Assembly (NCBI GenBank): GCA_029979505.1
Contig: JAPOHH010000005.1
Location: forward strand, 4,249 to 68,248
Direction: 5' to 3'
Length of the DNA: 64,000 nucleotides
Origin: a bacterium
Lineage (GTDB): Bacteria; Pseudomonadota; Gammaproteobacteria; GCA-002705445; GCA-002716945
Within the stretch, counting starts at the first letter, position 1. The number at the start of each line of letters is the position of its first letter. The notes under the pieces are model-generated. The model worked only from the letters and a program-made list of their open reading frames with translations, made no database searches and was not told the DNA's origin. Made by a program: the position numbers and the translations under genes. Shown here in pieces: positions 50,556 to 60,676 of this stretch.

Positions 50556-51069
50556 AGTTTTTGACATAATGAATTGCAGCAAATACTCTAGAGTCAATTA
50601 TAGGTTCTTTGCTTAGAAATGTAGTTGCATCATTACTTTTTACTCTTACTATTTCAAGATCTTCAGGTTCATCACCTTGAAGGTATGAGGGTGTAAGATT
50701 AGTAGCCAACATAACATAAGTAATATGATCAATATATCCAGGAGCAAGATATATTTTGTTAATGAGTTTAATGTTATCTGATTTGAAACCAACTTCTTCT
50801 TGCAGCTCACGATTTGCGGTTTCTATTAACTCCTCACCTTTGTCAATCTTCCCTTTTGGCAATGTAATCATATAATCATCAACTGCGGCAGCATATTCTC
50901 TAATAAATATAATTTCATCATCGATTATAGGAACTATGATAACAGCGCCTTGACCAGTGCCAGATATAATTTCATATTCTAAGATTTGATGATTGAATTC
51001 AATCTGAGCCTGCTTAATATTAAAAAGACGAGATTTAAAAATTGATTTTTCTTTAATGATTTTTGGCAT
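50545..51069 (-). CDS. nudE: ADP compounds hydrolase NudE
   Basis: SRLF.I, REYAA, LPKG.ID.GE....ANRELQEEVG Nudix box, APGY, GDEPE; start set at MPKII. Confidence 0.92.
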   Translation of the reverse strand: MPKIIKEKSIFKSRLFNIKQAQIEFNHQILEYEIISGTGQGAVIIVPIIDDEIIFIREYAAAVDDYMITLPKGKIDKGEELIETANRELQEEVGFKSDNIKLINKIYLAPGYIDHITYVMLATNLTPSYLQGDEPEDLEIVRVKSNDATTFLSKEPIIDSRVFAAIHYVKNYDK

Positions 51070-51107
51070 TGTATACTCTGAATAACAAGGATGATACATT
51101 ATGAATT

Positions 51108-51755
51108 ATGATATTTAAAGATATAGAATGTATGTTAATAGACATGGATGGCGTTATCCTTGATAATACATATGATAATAACTTCTGGCAAAATCAAATA
51201 CCTGCGGTTATTGCTAAGAATAAGGGTATATCATTTGAAGATGCTAAACGACTAGCTATTCAAATTTTTAACTTCAAGAAAAATACAAAGGACTGGTACG
51301 ATATTGATTATTGGTCAAATATGCTTAATGTAGATATTGAAGCTGAAAAAAGATCCTCGCTAAGTTTTGACAGAATTAAATTATATGAAGGTGTTACTGA
51401 AACATTAAATAAACTTAAGAATAGATACAGATTACTCTTAATAACAAACGCTCATAGGAAAACTCTTAATATAAAACTAGAAAAGTATGATCTCGCTCCA
51501 TACTTTGAAAACATGTTGTGTGCACATGAACTTCATTATGTTAAAGAGAATGTACAACTTTGGTATATGTTGAGAAGTAAATTTCAATTGAATTATACTA
51601 AGACAGTTTTAATAGAAGATACTATTAATAATATCAACATCGGATTATCGGCAGGAATATCCCGTGCTATTTACTTAGGAGATGAAAACTACCAACCATC
51701 TGAAAAGATTATTAAGCTATCATCAATAAATGATATTTTTTCTGCACTCAACTAG
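51108..51755 (+). CDS. yrfG: HAD-family GMP/IMP nucleotidase
   Basis: DMDG.ILD..YDN.FW, WY..DYWS, TNAH; divergent from nudE as in other Gammaproteobacteria. Confidence 0.88.
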   Translation: MIFKDIECMLIDMDGVILDNTYDNNFWQNQIPAVIAKNKGISFEDAKRLAIQIFNFKKNTKDWYDIDYWSNMLNVDIEAEKRSSLSFDRIKLYEGVTETLNKLKNRYRLLLITNAHRKTLNIKLEKYDLAPYFENMLCAHELHYVKENVQLWYMLRSKFQLNYTKTVLIEDTINNINIGLSAGISRAIYLGDENYQPSEKIIKLSSINDIFSALN

Positions 51756-52232
51756 AGATAGTTGCTCATAATTATTTCTCTTAGGAAATGTTTCTTCGAC
51801 TCTTATGACTACATTATTTCTTTTGAAGAGCGTAACTCTCAAGACATCATTATGGGTTATATAGTAATAAATAGCGTCTCTCGAAAATTTTTCTCTTCGG
51901 AAAAGTAGTGTAGCTAATGATTTATCCTTAAGAATCTTTATAGAATTGATTCGACCTTTTATTGCCCATACTGGCGTATAAGAGACTGCTTTAATAGGGG
52001 AACTAAGATTACCTTTTAGCTCAACCTTTCTCTCATATTGATATATTTTTGAGTCCTTTTTAGAATTATTTTTCAATTTTATTTTAGTTGATATTAGCCT
52101 AACTTTTCCCTGATTATTTTTGATTATTCTCTTGGTTAAGGAGGAGTTGTCGATTAATATTCTTTTAAGGGCTATGGGCAGGTCTTTTAGCTTTCTCTCT
52201 ATCGCCCATTTATTTTTATAATTGAACTTCAT
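51723..52232 (-). CDS. ubiC: Chorismate pyruvate-lyase (divergent)
   Basis: LIDNSSLTKRI, ERKVEL, SLATLLF, VEETFP; directly downstream of recG. Confidence 0.7.
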   Translation of the reverse strand: MKFNYKNKWAIERKLKDLPIALKRILIDNSSLTKRIIKNNQGKVRLISTKIKLKNNSKKDSKIYQYERKVELKGNLSSPIKAVSYTPVWAIKGRINSIKILKDKSLATLLFRREKFSRDAIYYYITHNDVLRVTLFKRNNVVIRVEETFPKRNNYEQLSLVECRKNIIY

Positions 52233-54264
52233 CTATTCTTTTTACTTTCCAAAGTTTTTTTAGACCATTGACTTCAGATGATGATAATTCATATTTAAAA
52301 TTTTTGATATATGAAATATTGTTCATGATATCATTTATACTACACACACGATAATTATCAGGCATTCCAGATTGTTTATTGCCCATATAAGTTCCTGTTC
52401 CCCTTATCTTTAAATCGTACTCTGCAACATCAAAACCAGAGTGATGAGTTTCAAGATACTTAAGCTTATCAATTACATCAGGCCCAGAATTTGTGGAATG
52501 AACAAGATAACAGTATCCTTTACTGGCCCCTCTGCCTACTCTTCCTCTAAGCTGATGTAACTGTGCTAAGCCAAATAATTCTGAATTCTCAATTACAAGG
52601 CAATTAGCGTTTGGACAATCTATGCCAACTTCAATAACACTAGTTGATATTAGTATATCTATTTTACCGAGTCTGAAATTACTGATAATTTTAACTTTTT
52701 CATCAGCTGACATCTTTCCATGCAAGATGCTAACATTATAGTTACTATATATTTTTTTAATATTTTCAGAAAATACATTAATAGAATGCTTATCATCATC
52801 CTCTGAATTTTCTATTCTTGTACAAACCCAATATATTTGCATGCCATCTGATAAATGTTTTAATACAATATTTTGAATTTCCGTTCGTGAATTATCACTA
52901 TAAGTAACCGTTTCAGTTATTTCTCTATTAGACGGTTTATCAGATATGGTTATATAATTCATGTTTTCGTATAGTACCAAAGCAAGTGTTCTAGGAATTG
53001 GTGTTGCAGACATATAAATTAAATGTGGTTGTTTTGTATAATTAGAAGATATCTTCTCTCTCTGTTTTACTCCAAATTTATGTTGTTCATCAATGATCAC
53101 GATAGCTAATTTATTGAAAATATAATTATTAAACAAAAGTGAGTGTGTACCAATTATTATTGATATTTCACCCGTTAACAATTTTTGTTTGATAATAGTT
53201 TTCTCTGCTAATGTACTTTTACCGCTGACCATAGCAACCTTACAATATTCTCTAAGATAAAAATTAAATGTTTCAAAGTGTTGTAAACAAAGAACTTCAG
53301 TAGGCACCAGTACCATACACTGAGAATTATTTTTGATTGCATAAAAGCAAGCAATAATAGCAACAATTGTTTTGCCACATCCAACATCTCCCTGTATAAG
53401 CACCTTAGATGGTGAGCTGCTTATAAAAGATTTTGATATGGAGTCAACAGCATCACGTTGACCTTTTGTAAGATTGAATGAAAAAGAATTACAAAATAGC
53501 TCAAGATCCTTCTTACTGATATCAAGTAAATATGTTTGTTTTTTATTATATTCATTTACTATCTTGAGAAATTCATGTTTATGTAGATATATTTCTTCAA
53601 AAGCTAAGCGTTGCCTCGCAGTATAATATTCATCTAGAGCAACATTAAAGTCTCCTTGTGGAAAGTGAAGTTTTTTTAAAGCTTTTAATAAAGACATTGA
53701 ATTAAATTCTTTATGAAAATAATTATCGAGGCAAGAGAATCTGTAATTTGTAGATAATATTGAGAATGCTTGCTTTATAAATGATCTAAATTTAGCTTGT
53801 GAGACCCTGCCTCTTATAGAATATTTAGGTATAATTTTTTCTAATGTATGACCATCCTTTATTATTTCAATCTCAGGATGAATAAATTCAGATTTATTTT
53901 TTTTATAAATTAAGTTTCCAGATACTCTAATTCTCATTCCTCTTTGAAGGTTCATAAAAATTATAATTTTATGGATAAACCTAACAGTAAATATTCCGAT
54001 TTTTGATGAGACTGTTAATATGTAATTTGGTCTGGCACTGCGAGTTTTTACTGTTTTTATAATTTCTCCTGAAACAACAATATAATTGCCGTCTTCAAAA
54101 TTATGTTTAGATGTTTCCTCTTTGTTAATTAAATCTATAGGAATAGTAGATAAAAGGTCAAATAATGAATCTATTCCAACTTCACATAACAGTGATTTAG
54201 TTTTTAAGCCAACACCTTTTAATAGACTTATATCCTGAGAAAGTTCATCAGAATATTTATCCAT
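52216..54264 (-). CDS. recG: ATP-dependent DNA helicase RecG
   Basis: RLAFEE, QGDVGCGKT, DEQHKFGV.QR, MSATPIPRTL, QLRGRVGRG, DLKIRG.G. Confidence 0.96.
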   Translation of the reverse strand: MDKYSDELSQDISLLKGVGLKTKSLLCEVGIDSLFDLLSTIPIDLINKEETSKHNFEDGNYIVVSGEIIKTVKTRSARPNYILTVSSKIGIFTVRFIHKIIIFMNLQRGMRIRVSGNLIYKKNKSEFIHPEIEIIKDGHTLEKIIPKYSIRGRVSQAKFRSFIKQAFSILSTNYRFSCLDNYFHKEFNSMSLLKALKKLHFPQGDFNVALDEYYTARQRLAFEEIYLHKHEFLKIVNEYNKKQTYLLDISKKDLELFCNSFSFNLTKGQRDAVDSISKSFISSSPSKVLIQGDVGCGKTIVAIIACFYAIKNNSQCMVLVPTEVLCLQHFETFNFYLREYCKVAMVSGKSTLAEKTIIKQKLLTGEISIIIGTHSLLFNNYIFNKLAIVIIDEQHKFGVKQREKISSNYTKQPHLIYMSATPIPRTLALVLYENMNYITISDKPSNREITETVTYSDNSRTEIQNIVLKHLSDGMQIYWVCTRIENSEDDDKHSINVFSENIKKIYSNYNVSILHGKMSADEKVKIISNFRLGKIDILISTSVIEVGIDCPNANCLVIENSELFGLAQLHQLRGRVGRGASKGYCYLVHSTNSGPDVIDKLKYLETHHSGFDVAEYDLKIRGTGTYMGNKQSGMPDNYRVCSINDIMNNISYIKNFKYELSSSEVNGLKKLWKVKRIDEVQL

Positions 54265-54267
54265 AAT

Positions 54268-54651
54268 CTATTGCTTAAACAAGATTGCATCAATCTCAAT
54301 TTCGACGTCTTTTGGAAGCCGGCTAACTTCAACTGCTGCTCTTGCAGGATATGGTTTTGATAAATACTTATCCATAACGGTATTGACTGATACAAAATTT
54401 TCAAGATCTTTTAAATAAACAGTAAATTTCACGCAATCATTTAGAGAACAATCAGCTTCCAAAGCAATGTTTTTTATATTATTCATAACTGTTTCAACTT
54501 GCTCTTCGAATGAGCCTGACATTACGGTCATATCTTTATAATTAAGTGGTATTTGACCAGAAATAAAGACAAAATTACCAACAGATATTGCTTGTGAATA
54601 TGTACCAATTGCTGACGGCGCTGTGCTGCAAGTAATTACTTTCTTGCTCAT
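54268..54651 (-). CDS. ridA: RidA family enamine/imine deaminase
   Basis: AP.AIGTYSQA, SGQIP, PYPARAAVEVSRLPK. Confidence 0.93.
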   Translation of the reverse strand: MSKKVITCSTAPSAIGTYSQAISVGNFVFISGQIPLNYKDMTVMSGSFEEQVETVMNNIKNIALEADCSLNDCVKFTVYLKDLENFVSVNTVMDKYLSKPYPARAAVEVSRLPKDVEIEIDAILFKQ

Positions 54652-55004
54652 GGTTTTTTCCTAATGTGTCCAGCTTCTTTTAATCTTTCCAAGTAACTGT
54701 GCCAATTTTCTTTGTAGTTTTTGCATAAATTATATAAATGTTCCCATGAGTATAAACCTGTGTCATGCCCATCATCAAATACTATTCTCACAGCATAGTT
54801 CCCAACAGGCTCAAGTTTGTCGATGACAACATTTTCTTTGTCAATTTGTAATATCTCTTGTCCCGGTCCGTGTCCTTTTACTTCAGCTGAAGGTGAGAAA
54901 CATCTTAGATATTCTGATGTTATATCGCCACTGAATCCGTCTTCAAATGTGATTGATAAAGTATTTGTTTTTTTTATGTATCTTAGCTCTGTAGGTTTGA
55001 TCAT
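54648..55004 (-). CDS. DUF971 (gamma-butyrobetaine hydroxylase N-terminal-like) protein
   Basis: [21 protein letters not shown]....[12 protein letters not shown]; usual position after hslU. Confidence 0.92.
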   Translation of the reverse strand: MIKPTELRYIKKTNTLSITFEDGFSGDITSEYLRCFSPSAEVKGHGPGQEILQIDKENVVIDKLEPVGNYAVRIVFDDGHDTGLYSWEHLYNLCKNYKENWHSYLERLKEAGHIRKKP

Positions 55005-56335
55005 AATATATACCTGCTTAAGTCCTCGTTTTCAGCAAACTCATTGAGATATTTATCAACATAGTCTGCGTCAATTTTAATTTTGTTCTGGCTAATATCG
55101 CTAGCTTCAAATGATAGTTTTTCAAGAAGTCTTTCCATAATGGTATGTAGCCTTCTAGCACCAATATTCTCTGTTTTCTCATTTACAGTCCAAGCAATTT
55201 TGGAAAGTCTAGTTATAGCGCTTTTATCAAATGTAACATCAATACCCTCAGTTTTCATTAACGCAATGTACTGTTCAGTTAATGAATAATCTGGTTCTTT
55301 CAGAATTCGTTCAAAGTCATTAACTGATAATGCACTTAATTCTACTCTAATGGGCAGCCTTCCTTGCAATTCGGGGATTAAATCAGATGGTTTTGATAAA
55401 TGAAAAGCACCAGATGCAATAAATAAAATATGATCAGTTTTAATAGGCCCATGTTTAGTGTTAACAGTTGACCCTTCTACAAGAGGAAGCAAATCTCTCT
55501 GAACACCTTCTCTTGATACATCTGCACCTCCTGCATTAGACCTTGATGCAACTTTATCAATTTCATCGATAAAGACTATTCCATTCTGTTCAACGAGTCT
55601 AATAGCCTCTTGTTTTAAATCATTGTCACTAATCAATTTTCGAGCTTCTTGTTCAGACAACACTATCAAAGCATCCTTAATTTTCATTTTTTGTTTTTTC
55701 GTTTTATTGTTCGAAAGATTTTTAAACATACCTTGTAGTTGATCTGTCATCTCCTCCATTCCAGGTGGAGCCATGACTTCAAATGATGGCATATTCGCAC
55801 TGACATCTATCTCAATTTCTTTCTCATCAAGTTTGCCTTCTCTAAGTTCCTTTCTTAGGGCCTGTTTAGTTTCTTTTGAATTGCTATCACTATCAACTGT
55901 TATATTAAAGCTGTCATCTCGGCTAGGAAGTAAAATGTCTAAAACTTTTTCTTCAGCTAATTCTTCTGACCTATGACTCACTTTAGACATCGCCTTTGAT
56001 TTTACCTGATTAATAGAAATTTCAGTTAAATCTCGTATAATAGAATCTACTTCTTTTCCAACATAACCTACTTCAGTAAATTTAGTTGCCTCAACCTTAA
56101 TAAAAGGAGCTTGTGCAAGATGTGCTAACCTTCTTGCGATTTCTGTCTTTCCGACGCCGGTAGGTCCTATCATGAGAATATTTTTTGGTGTAATCTCATT
56201 ACTTATCTCTTCATCTAACTGGAGTCTTCTCCATCGGTTACGCAATGCTATAGCAACAGCTCGTTTAGCATCTGTTTGCCCTATGATATGTTTATCAAGC
56301 TCTTGTACAACTTCCCTAGGAGTCATCTCAGACAT
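55001..56335 (-). CDS. hslU: ATP-dependent protease ATPase subunit HslU
   Basis: [41 protein letters not shown]. Confidence 0.98.
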   Translation of the reverse strand: MSEMTPREVVQELDKHIIGQTDAKRAVAIALRNRWRRLQLDEEISNEITPKNILMIGPTGVGKTEIARRLAHLAQAPFIKVEATKFTEVGYVGKEVDSIIRDLTEISINQVKSKAMSKVSHRSEELAEEKVLDILLPSRDDSFNITVDSDSNSKETKQALRKELREGKLDEKEIEIDVSANMPSFEVMAPPGMEEMTDQLQGMFKNLSNNKTKKQKMKIKDALIVLSEQEARKLISDNDLKQEAIRLVEQNGIVFIDEIDKVASRSNAGGADVSREGVQRDLLPLVEGSTVNTKHGPIKTDHILFIASGAFHLSKPSDLIPELQGRLPIRVELSALSVNDFERILKEPDYSLTEQYIALMKTEGIDVTFDKSAITRLSKIAWTVNEKTENIGARRLHTIMERLLEKLSFEASDISQNKIKIDADYVDKYLNEFAENEDLSRYIL

Positions 56336-56875
56336 TTATCTTCTCTATAGTAAGATTAGAATTAGTATATATGCATATTTCAGATGCAATATGTAAAGAC
56401 TTTTAACTATATCTTCTGCAGATAAATCAGTGTTTTCATAAAGAGATTTAGCTGATGCCTGTGCAAATGAACCTCCCGAACCTATCGCTATTATAGAGTC
56501 TTGTGGTTCTATCACATCTCCATTACCTGAGATGAGCAGAGATACATCTTTATCGGCAACAATCAACAATGCTTCAAGGTTACGAAGCATCTTGTCAGTT
56601 CGCCAATCTTTAGCTAATTCAACTGCAGACCTTGTTAAATGACCGCTATATTTCTCTAACTTGCCCTCAAATTTCTCAAAAAGAGTAAATGCATCTGCTG
56701 TTGCGCCGGCAAAACCAGCAAGGACTTGATCTTTGTAAAGCCGTCTAACTTTTTTTGCATTATTTTTCATTACAGTATTACCGAGTGTGACTTGGCCATC
56801 ACCGCCTACTACAACTTCATTATCTCTTCGTACTCCAATAATTGTTGTGCCATGAAATGTTTCTCTTGTATTCAT
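56328..56875 (-). CDS. hslV: ATP-dependent protease subunit HslV with apparent 1-nt frameshift near the 3' end
   Basis: [29 protein letters not shown]. The conserved tail [20 protein letters not shown] lies in another frame after the homopolymer at 56401-56404 and stops at 56328. Confidence 0.93.
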
Positions 56876-56879
56876 TTTC

Positions 56880-57779
56880 TTATGCTCTTGGGTGACTACT
56901 TTTATAAACTTTATTTAAATGTTCAAAATCCATATTTGTATATATCTGTGTTGTGCTTATATCTTCATGGCCTAAGAACTCTTGTACAGCTCTAAGATCT
57001 CCAGAAGCTTCTAATAAATGTGTTGCACAACTATGTCTTAATGTATGGGGTGATATCTTACAATTCAAGCCTTGTTTTTTCACCCAGAAATTAATTCTAT
57101 TCTGAATCGACCGATTTGATAGTCTGTCACCAAATTTATTTATAAATAGTGCGTCCGTTGTAGGTTGGTCATTGGATCTTTTTTCTATCCATACATGTAG
57201 AGCATTCAATGCTTTAGAACCAAAAGGTAATATCCTTTCTTTTTGACCCTTCCCCAATACTTTGACAAAGCTAGAAGTCATATCAATAGAATCTAAATCA
57301 AGTTGAGATAATTCACTTAATCTGAGTGCTGAACTATACATTAACTCTATAATAGCCTTATCCCTAATAGCAACCATAGAGAGCTCTTTGATATCACATA
57401 ATGTATCTATATCAGAGATTGATAGGATATTTGGAAGCTTCTTTGAAAGCTTCGGTGTTTTAATACCAGACATAGGAGTTACTTTAATTTGCGATGTTTT
57501 CAAAAGATATGAATAAAATGACCTTAATGTAGAGGCCTTTCTTGCCAATGACGTTGAGGATAAACCTAGACTATGAATATAAATAAAAAATTTTTCAATA
57601 TGCTGCTTGTTTATATCCTCAATAGAATGATTACCTTGATAAAGGTAGTCTGAATATTGTTTTAAATCAATTTTATAATTTATAAGCGTATCTTTAGTAT
57701 ATAACTTCTCAAATTGTAAATAATTAATAAACTCATCAATATATATATCATGACTACTCAAGATTCCCTTCCCCTTCAA
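56880..57779 (-). CDS. xerC: Tyrosine recombinase XerC
   Basis: [45 protein letters not shown]; dapF-xerC-hslV synteny. Confidence 0.94.
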   Translation of the reverse strand: MKGKGILSSHDIYIDEFINYLQFEKLYTKDTLINYKIDLKQYSDYLYQGNHSIEDINKQHIEKFFIYIHSLGLSSTSLARKASTLRSFYSYLLKTSQIKVTPMSGIKTPKLSKKLPNILSISDIDTLCDIKELSMVAIRDKAIIELMYSSALRLSELSQLDLDSIDMTSSFVKVLGKGQKERILPFGSKALNALHVWIEKRSNDQPTTDALFINKFGDRLSNRSIQNRINFWVKKQGLNCKISPHTLRHSCATHLLEASGDLRAVQEFLGHEDISTTQIYTNMDFEHLNKVYKSSHPRA

Positions 57780-58611
57780 TAACGCTAGGCCCTATAAGCT
57801 CATAGCTATCTGGATTATATGATTTTATTACTGTTAGAATGCCGCCTTTTTGTTTTATGGTAATACAAGAACTATCAACCTTACATTCATGTTCAAGCTC
57901 ATACAATTTAAACATACAAATTGCAGCTGCTGTTGCTCCACTACCACATGACGTTGTATATCCAGCTCCTCTCTCATTCACTATAAGATCAATAGTTGTC
58001 TTATGTTTATTTATAAAATCTTTTGCATTAGATATAAAGCCAATGTTCATTTCTTTATTAAATACTTGGTCTATGATAGATGAAATTTCATCCTTATGCT
58101 TTATGCAGTTATCAGAAAATACTACACAATGCTTGTTACCTATTGATAGTGGTATAAAAGAAAAAGTCAATTTATCATTAATAGATTCTATTGTTACAAC
58201 TAAATCAGACTGTATGATTTTTAATTTATCATTTTGGTAATCGTTATTTATATTTATATATGTAGCTTGACCCATATCAATGGATATAGCGTTATCCTTC
58301 ATTTTAGCTCTATAGGAAAAGTCACAAACTATTAAATTAGTCTCTTTGATATTATATTTTTCATAAAGAAAAAGCATAGTAGCTCTTAGTCCATTACCAC
58401 ATTGACATGCCTTACTGCCATCCTGATTATAAACATCGCATAATACATGAGATTGATTAGATGTGTTAATAATAAAAAATTGATCACACCCAATTACATC
58501 ACGGCTTGAGTAGTGCTTTATATCATCAACTGTTAGATGATTTGAGCACTTATTGTTTTCAACAAGTATAAAGTCATTCCCCTGACTATTTAATTTAGTA
58601 TATGTTGTCAT
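57754..58611 (-). CDS. dapF: Diaminopimelate epimerase
   Basis: GNDF, IGCDQ, N.DGS...CGNG.R, GN.H.V, ERGAG.T.SCGSG. Confidence 0.92.
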   Translation of the reverse strand: MTTYTKLNSQGNDFILVENNKCSNHLTVDDIKHYSSRDVIGCDQFFIINTSNQSHVLCDVYNQDGSKACQCGNGLRATMLFLYEKYNIKETNLIVCDFSYRAKMKDNAISIDMGQATYININNDYQNDKLKIIQSDLVVTIESINDKLTFSFIPLSIGNKHCVVFSDNCIKHKDEISSIIDQVFNKEMNIGFISNAKDFINKHKTTIDLIVNERGAGYTTSCGSGATAAAICMFKLYELEHECKVDSSCITIKQKGGILTVIKSYNPDSYELIGPSVIEGEGNLE

Positions 58612-59263
58612 CGCTTGTTTCTATATTAACAAAAAAATGTCTGTCTGAAACAGGTTTGATATTAAACGATATATTTTTGTAATAATTCAGCTGCTCTGTA
58701 ACTTCATTTATTGTATAAGCAGCTTTTAGAGAGTTTTTAAAATCCTCCAACAAAACATGGTCGTTGCCGCCATATTTTGATAGAAGTGCCATTAGTTCTT
58801 TATCTGAATTAGGTCGTATGAGATCCATTAGACATATAACACCTTTTTTCTTAGTTAATCGGAAGAGTGTTTTCCAAAACAAAGTTATATCTGAAATATG
58901 GTGAAGTACACTATTACAAAGAATTATATTAAATGTTTTCCCTGGAAATAATGTATGGTCAATAAGATTTTTGTGTAATGAGATATTTTTGATATTATTT
59001 TTTTTCATCTTTATCATAAATTGGTCCAACATTGCTTGAGAACCATCAATTGCTGTCATATGACATTGGCTTTTTTTAAATATTGTCAAAGGTATTTCAC
59101 CATCCCCGCAGCCAACATCCAAAAGTTGACTATTAGGATTAATTTCTACATATTTAAATGTTGTATTGATAAAAATATTATTTGATTCAGTAAAATCTGC
59201 ATTAGCATATGATAATGCTTGATTTTCATTAATCATTAGCTCTGTCTCAGGAATTCGAATCAC
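58595..59263 (-). CDS. Class I SAM-dependent methyltransferase
   Basis: LLDVGCGDG motif I, IDGS..ML, NSVLHH, DL.RP; N-terminal RIPE.ELM....A..YA.ADF. Confidence 0.88.
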   Translation of the reverse strand: MIRIPETELMINENQALSYANADFTESNNIFINTTFKYVEINPNSQLLDVGCGDGEIPLTIFKKSQCHMTAIDGSQAMLDQFMIKMKKNNIKNISLHKNLIDHTLFPGKTFNIILCNSVLHHISDITLFWKTLFRLTKKKGVICLMDLIRPNSDKELMALLSKYGGNDHVLLEDFKNSLKAAYTINEVTEQLNYYKNISFNIKPVSDRHFFVNIETSDDNIY

Positions 59264-60495
59264 AAAAGTTCATTGGCTAGAATTTGGTCCAGCGTATCCG
59301 CTGATCTGATTATATTTATATTGCCATTGCTAATAATGTATTCAGCGGGTTTTGGTCTAGTATTATAATTAGAAGATAATACAAACCCATACGCACCAAC
59401 ATCTTCAACAACAACTAGATCAGAAACATCAACATTCATAGGTCTATTTTTGCCTAGAAAGTCTGCGCTTTCGCAAACAGGACCGACAATATCATAATTT
59501 TTATACATAGATTCTTTTTTATAAACTGGTGTTATATTATGGTATGCATCGTATAGAGGTGGTCTTATTAATTCTGACATACTCGCATCCAGAATTAAGA
59601 AATTTTTATCATCTGTCTCCTTTATATATTGAACCTGGCTAACTAATATACCACAATCACCAACAACTGACCTCCCAGGCTCAAATAGAATTGTTATGTT
59701 TAAATCATTCAATTCATCAATAATAGTACTTATAAAAACATCTTTGTTGATAATATTTTCATCTTTATATTTAATTCCTAAACCTCCACCAACATCAATG
59801 TGAGATAATTCAATATTTTCTTTCTTTAATTCATGAATTAAAGCCTTGATAGATTTCAAGGAATCAAGATAAGGCCCTATTGATGTTATTTGTGATCCAA
59901 TATGAAAATCAATGCCAATTATTTTTAGTGATTGTAATTTCGATGCTTTCAAGTAAATATCCAGAGCATTTTTATACGGAATACCAAATTTATTTTCTTT
60001 CATGCCAGTAGATATATACGGATGTGTTTCTACAGTGACATCTGGGTTGACTCTAATTGAAACGTTAGCTGTGCAATTGATAGCTGATGCTTGCTCGTTA
60101 ATAGCATGGAGCTCTCCTTCTGACTCAACATTGAAACAGAGAATTCCACATTCTAATGCATACTTTATTTCATCTTTACCTTTGCCAACACCTGAGTAAA
60201 CAATTTTTTTAGGGTCTGCTCCTATCGTCATAACTCTAAATAATTCACCTCGAGAGACAACATCGAAACCCATTCCCATAGAAGCAATTAACTTTAGAAT
60301 TGATAGATTGGAGTTAGCCTTCACAGAATAACAGAAAAGAGTATTTTCAGAAGCATGCTTCATATAGCTATTAATGTTTTCTTTGATGAGATTTTCTGAA
60401 TATAAATAATATGGAGTAGTAAGATTCTTAGATATTTTATCAATATCCATGCCATCAAAAGATAATTTACCAGAATTATATTCCAACAGTTTCAA
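59260..60495 (-). CDS. lysA: Diaminopimelate decarboxylase
   Basis: YSVKAN, DVVS.GE, THPYISTG, HIGSQ, GGGLG, EPGR, GPVCES.D, SNYN.RP. Confidence 0.97.
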   Translation of the reverse strand: MKLLEYNSGKLSFDGMDIDKISKNLTTPYYLYSENLIKENINSYMKHASENTLFCYSVKANSNLSILKLIASMGMGFDVVSRGELFRVMTIGADPKKIVYSGVGKGKDEIKYALECGILCFNVESEGELHAINEQASAINCTANVSIRVNPDVTVETHPYISTGMKENKFGIPYKNALDIYLKASKLQSLKIIGIDFHIGSQITSIGPYLDSLKSIKALIHELKKENIELSHIDVGGGLGIKYKDENIINKDVFISTIIDELNDLNITILFEPGRSVVGDCGILVSQVQYIKETDDKNFLILDASMSELIRPPLYDAYHNITPVYKKESMYKNYDIVGPVCESADFLGKNRPMNVDVSDLVVVEDVGAYGFVLSSNYNTRPKPAEYIISNGNINIIRSADTLDQILANELL

Positions 60496-60499
60496 TTTA

Positions 60500-60625
60500 T
60501 TAATTCTTCAATGTATGGTTTGATGGAGGTACTAAGGGACCTTTATTACCACAACCTATTATAGAGAATGATGAAATTATAATAATTATTATCATCAAAT
60601 ATTTCTTGAATTTATACACCTTCAT
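60500..60625 (-). CDS. lptM: LPS translocon maturation lipoprotein LptM (YifL-like), 41 aa
   Basis: Below the track cutoff. Manual translation MKVYKFKKYLMIIIIIISSFSIIGCGNKGPLVPPSNHTLKN* has the GCGxKGPL lipoprotein motif in the usual position upstream of lysA/dapF. Confidence 0.88.
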   Translation of the reverse strand: MKVYKFKKYLMIIIIIISSFSIIGCGNKGPLVPPSNHTLKN

Positions 60626-60676
60626 TCTGCTATTATAGTCTAAATTAGAATTACATATCATGAAGATTTAATAATT

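Noticed and set aside
56880-57779. Tyrosine recombinase as a sign of an integrative element
   Set aside because: It is chromosomal XerC in the conserved dapF-xerC-hslVU context, with no att sites or cargo
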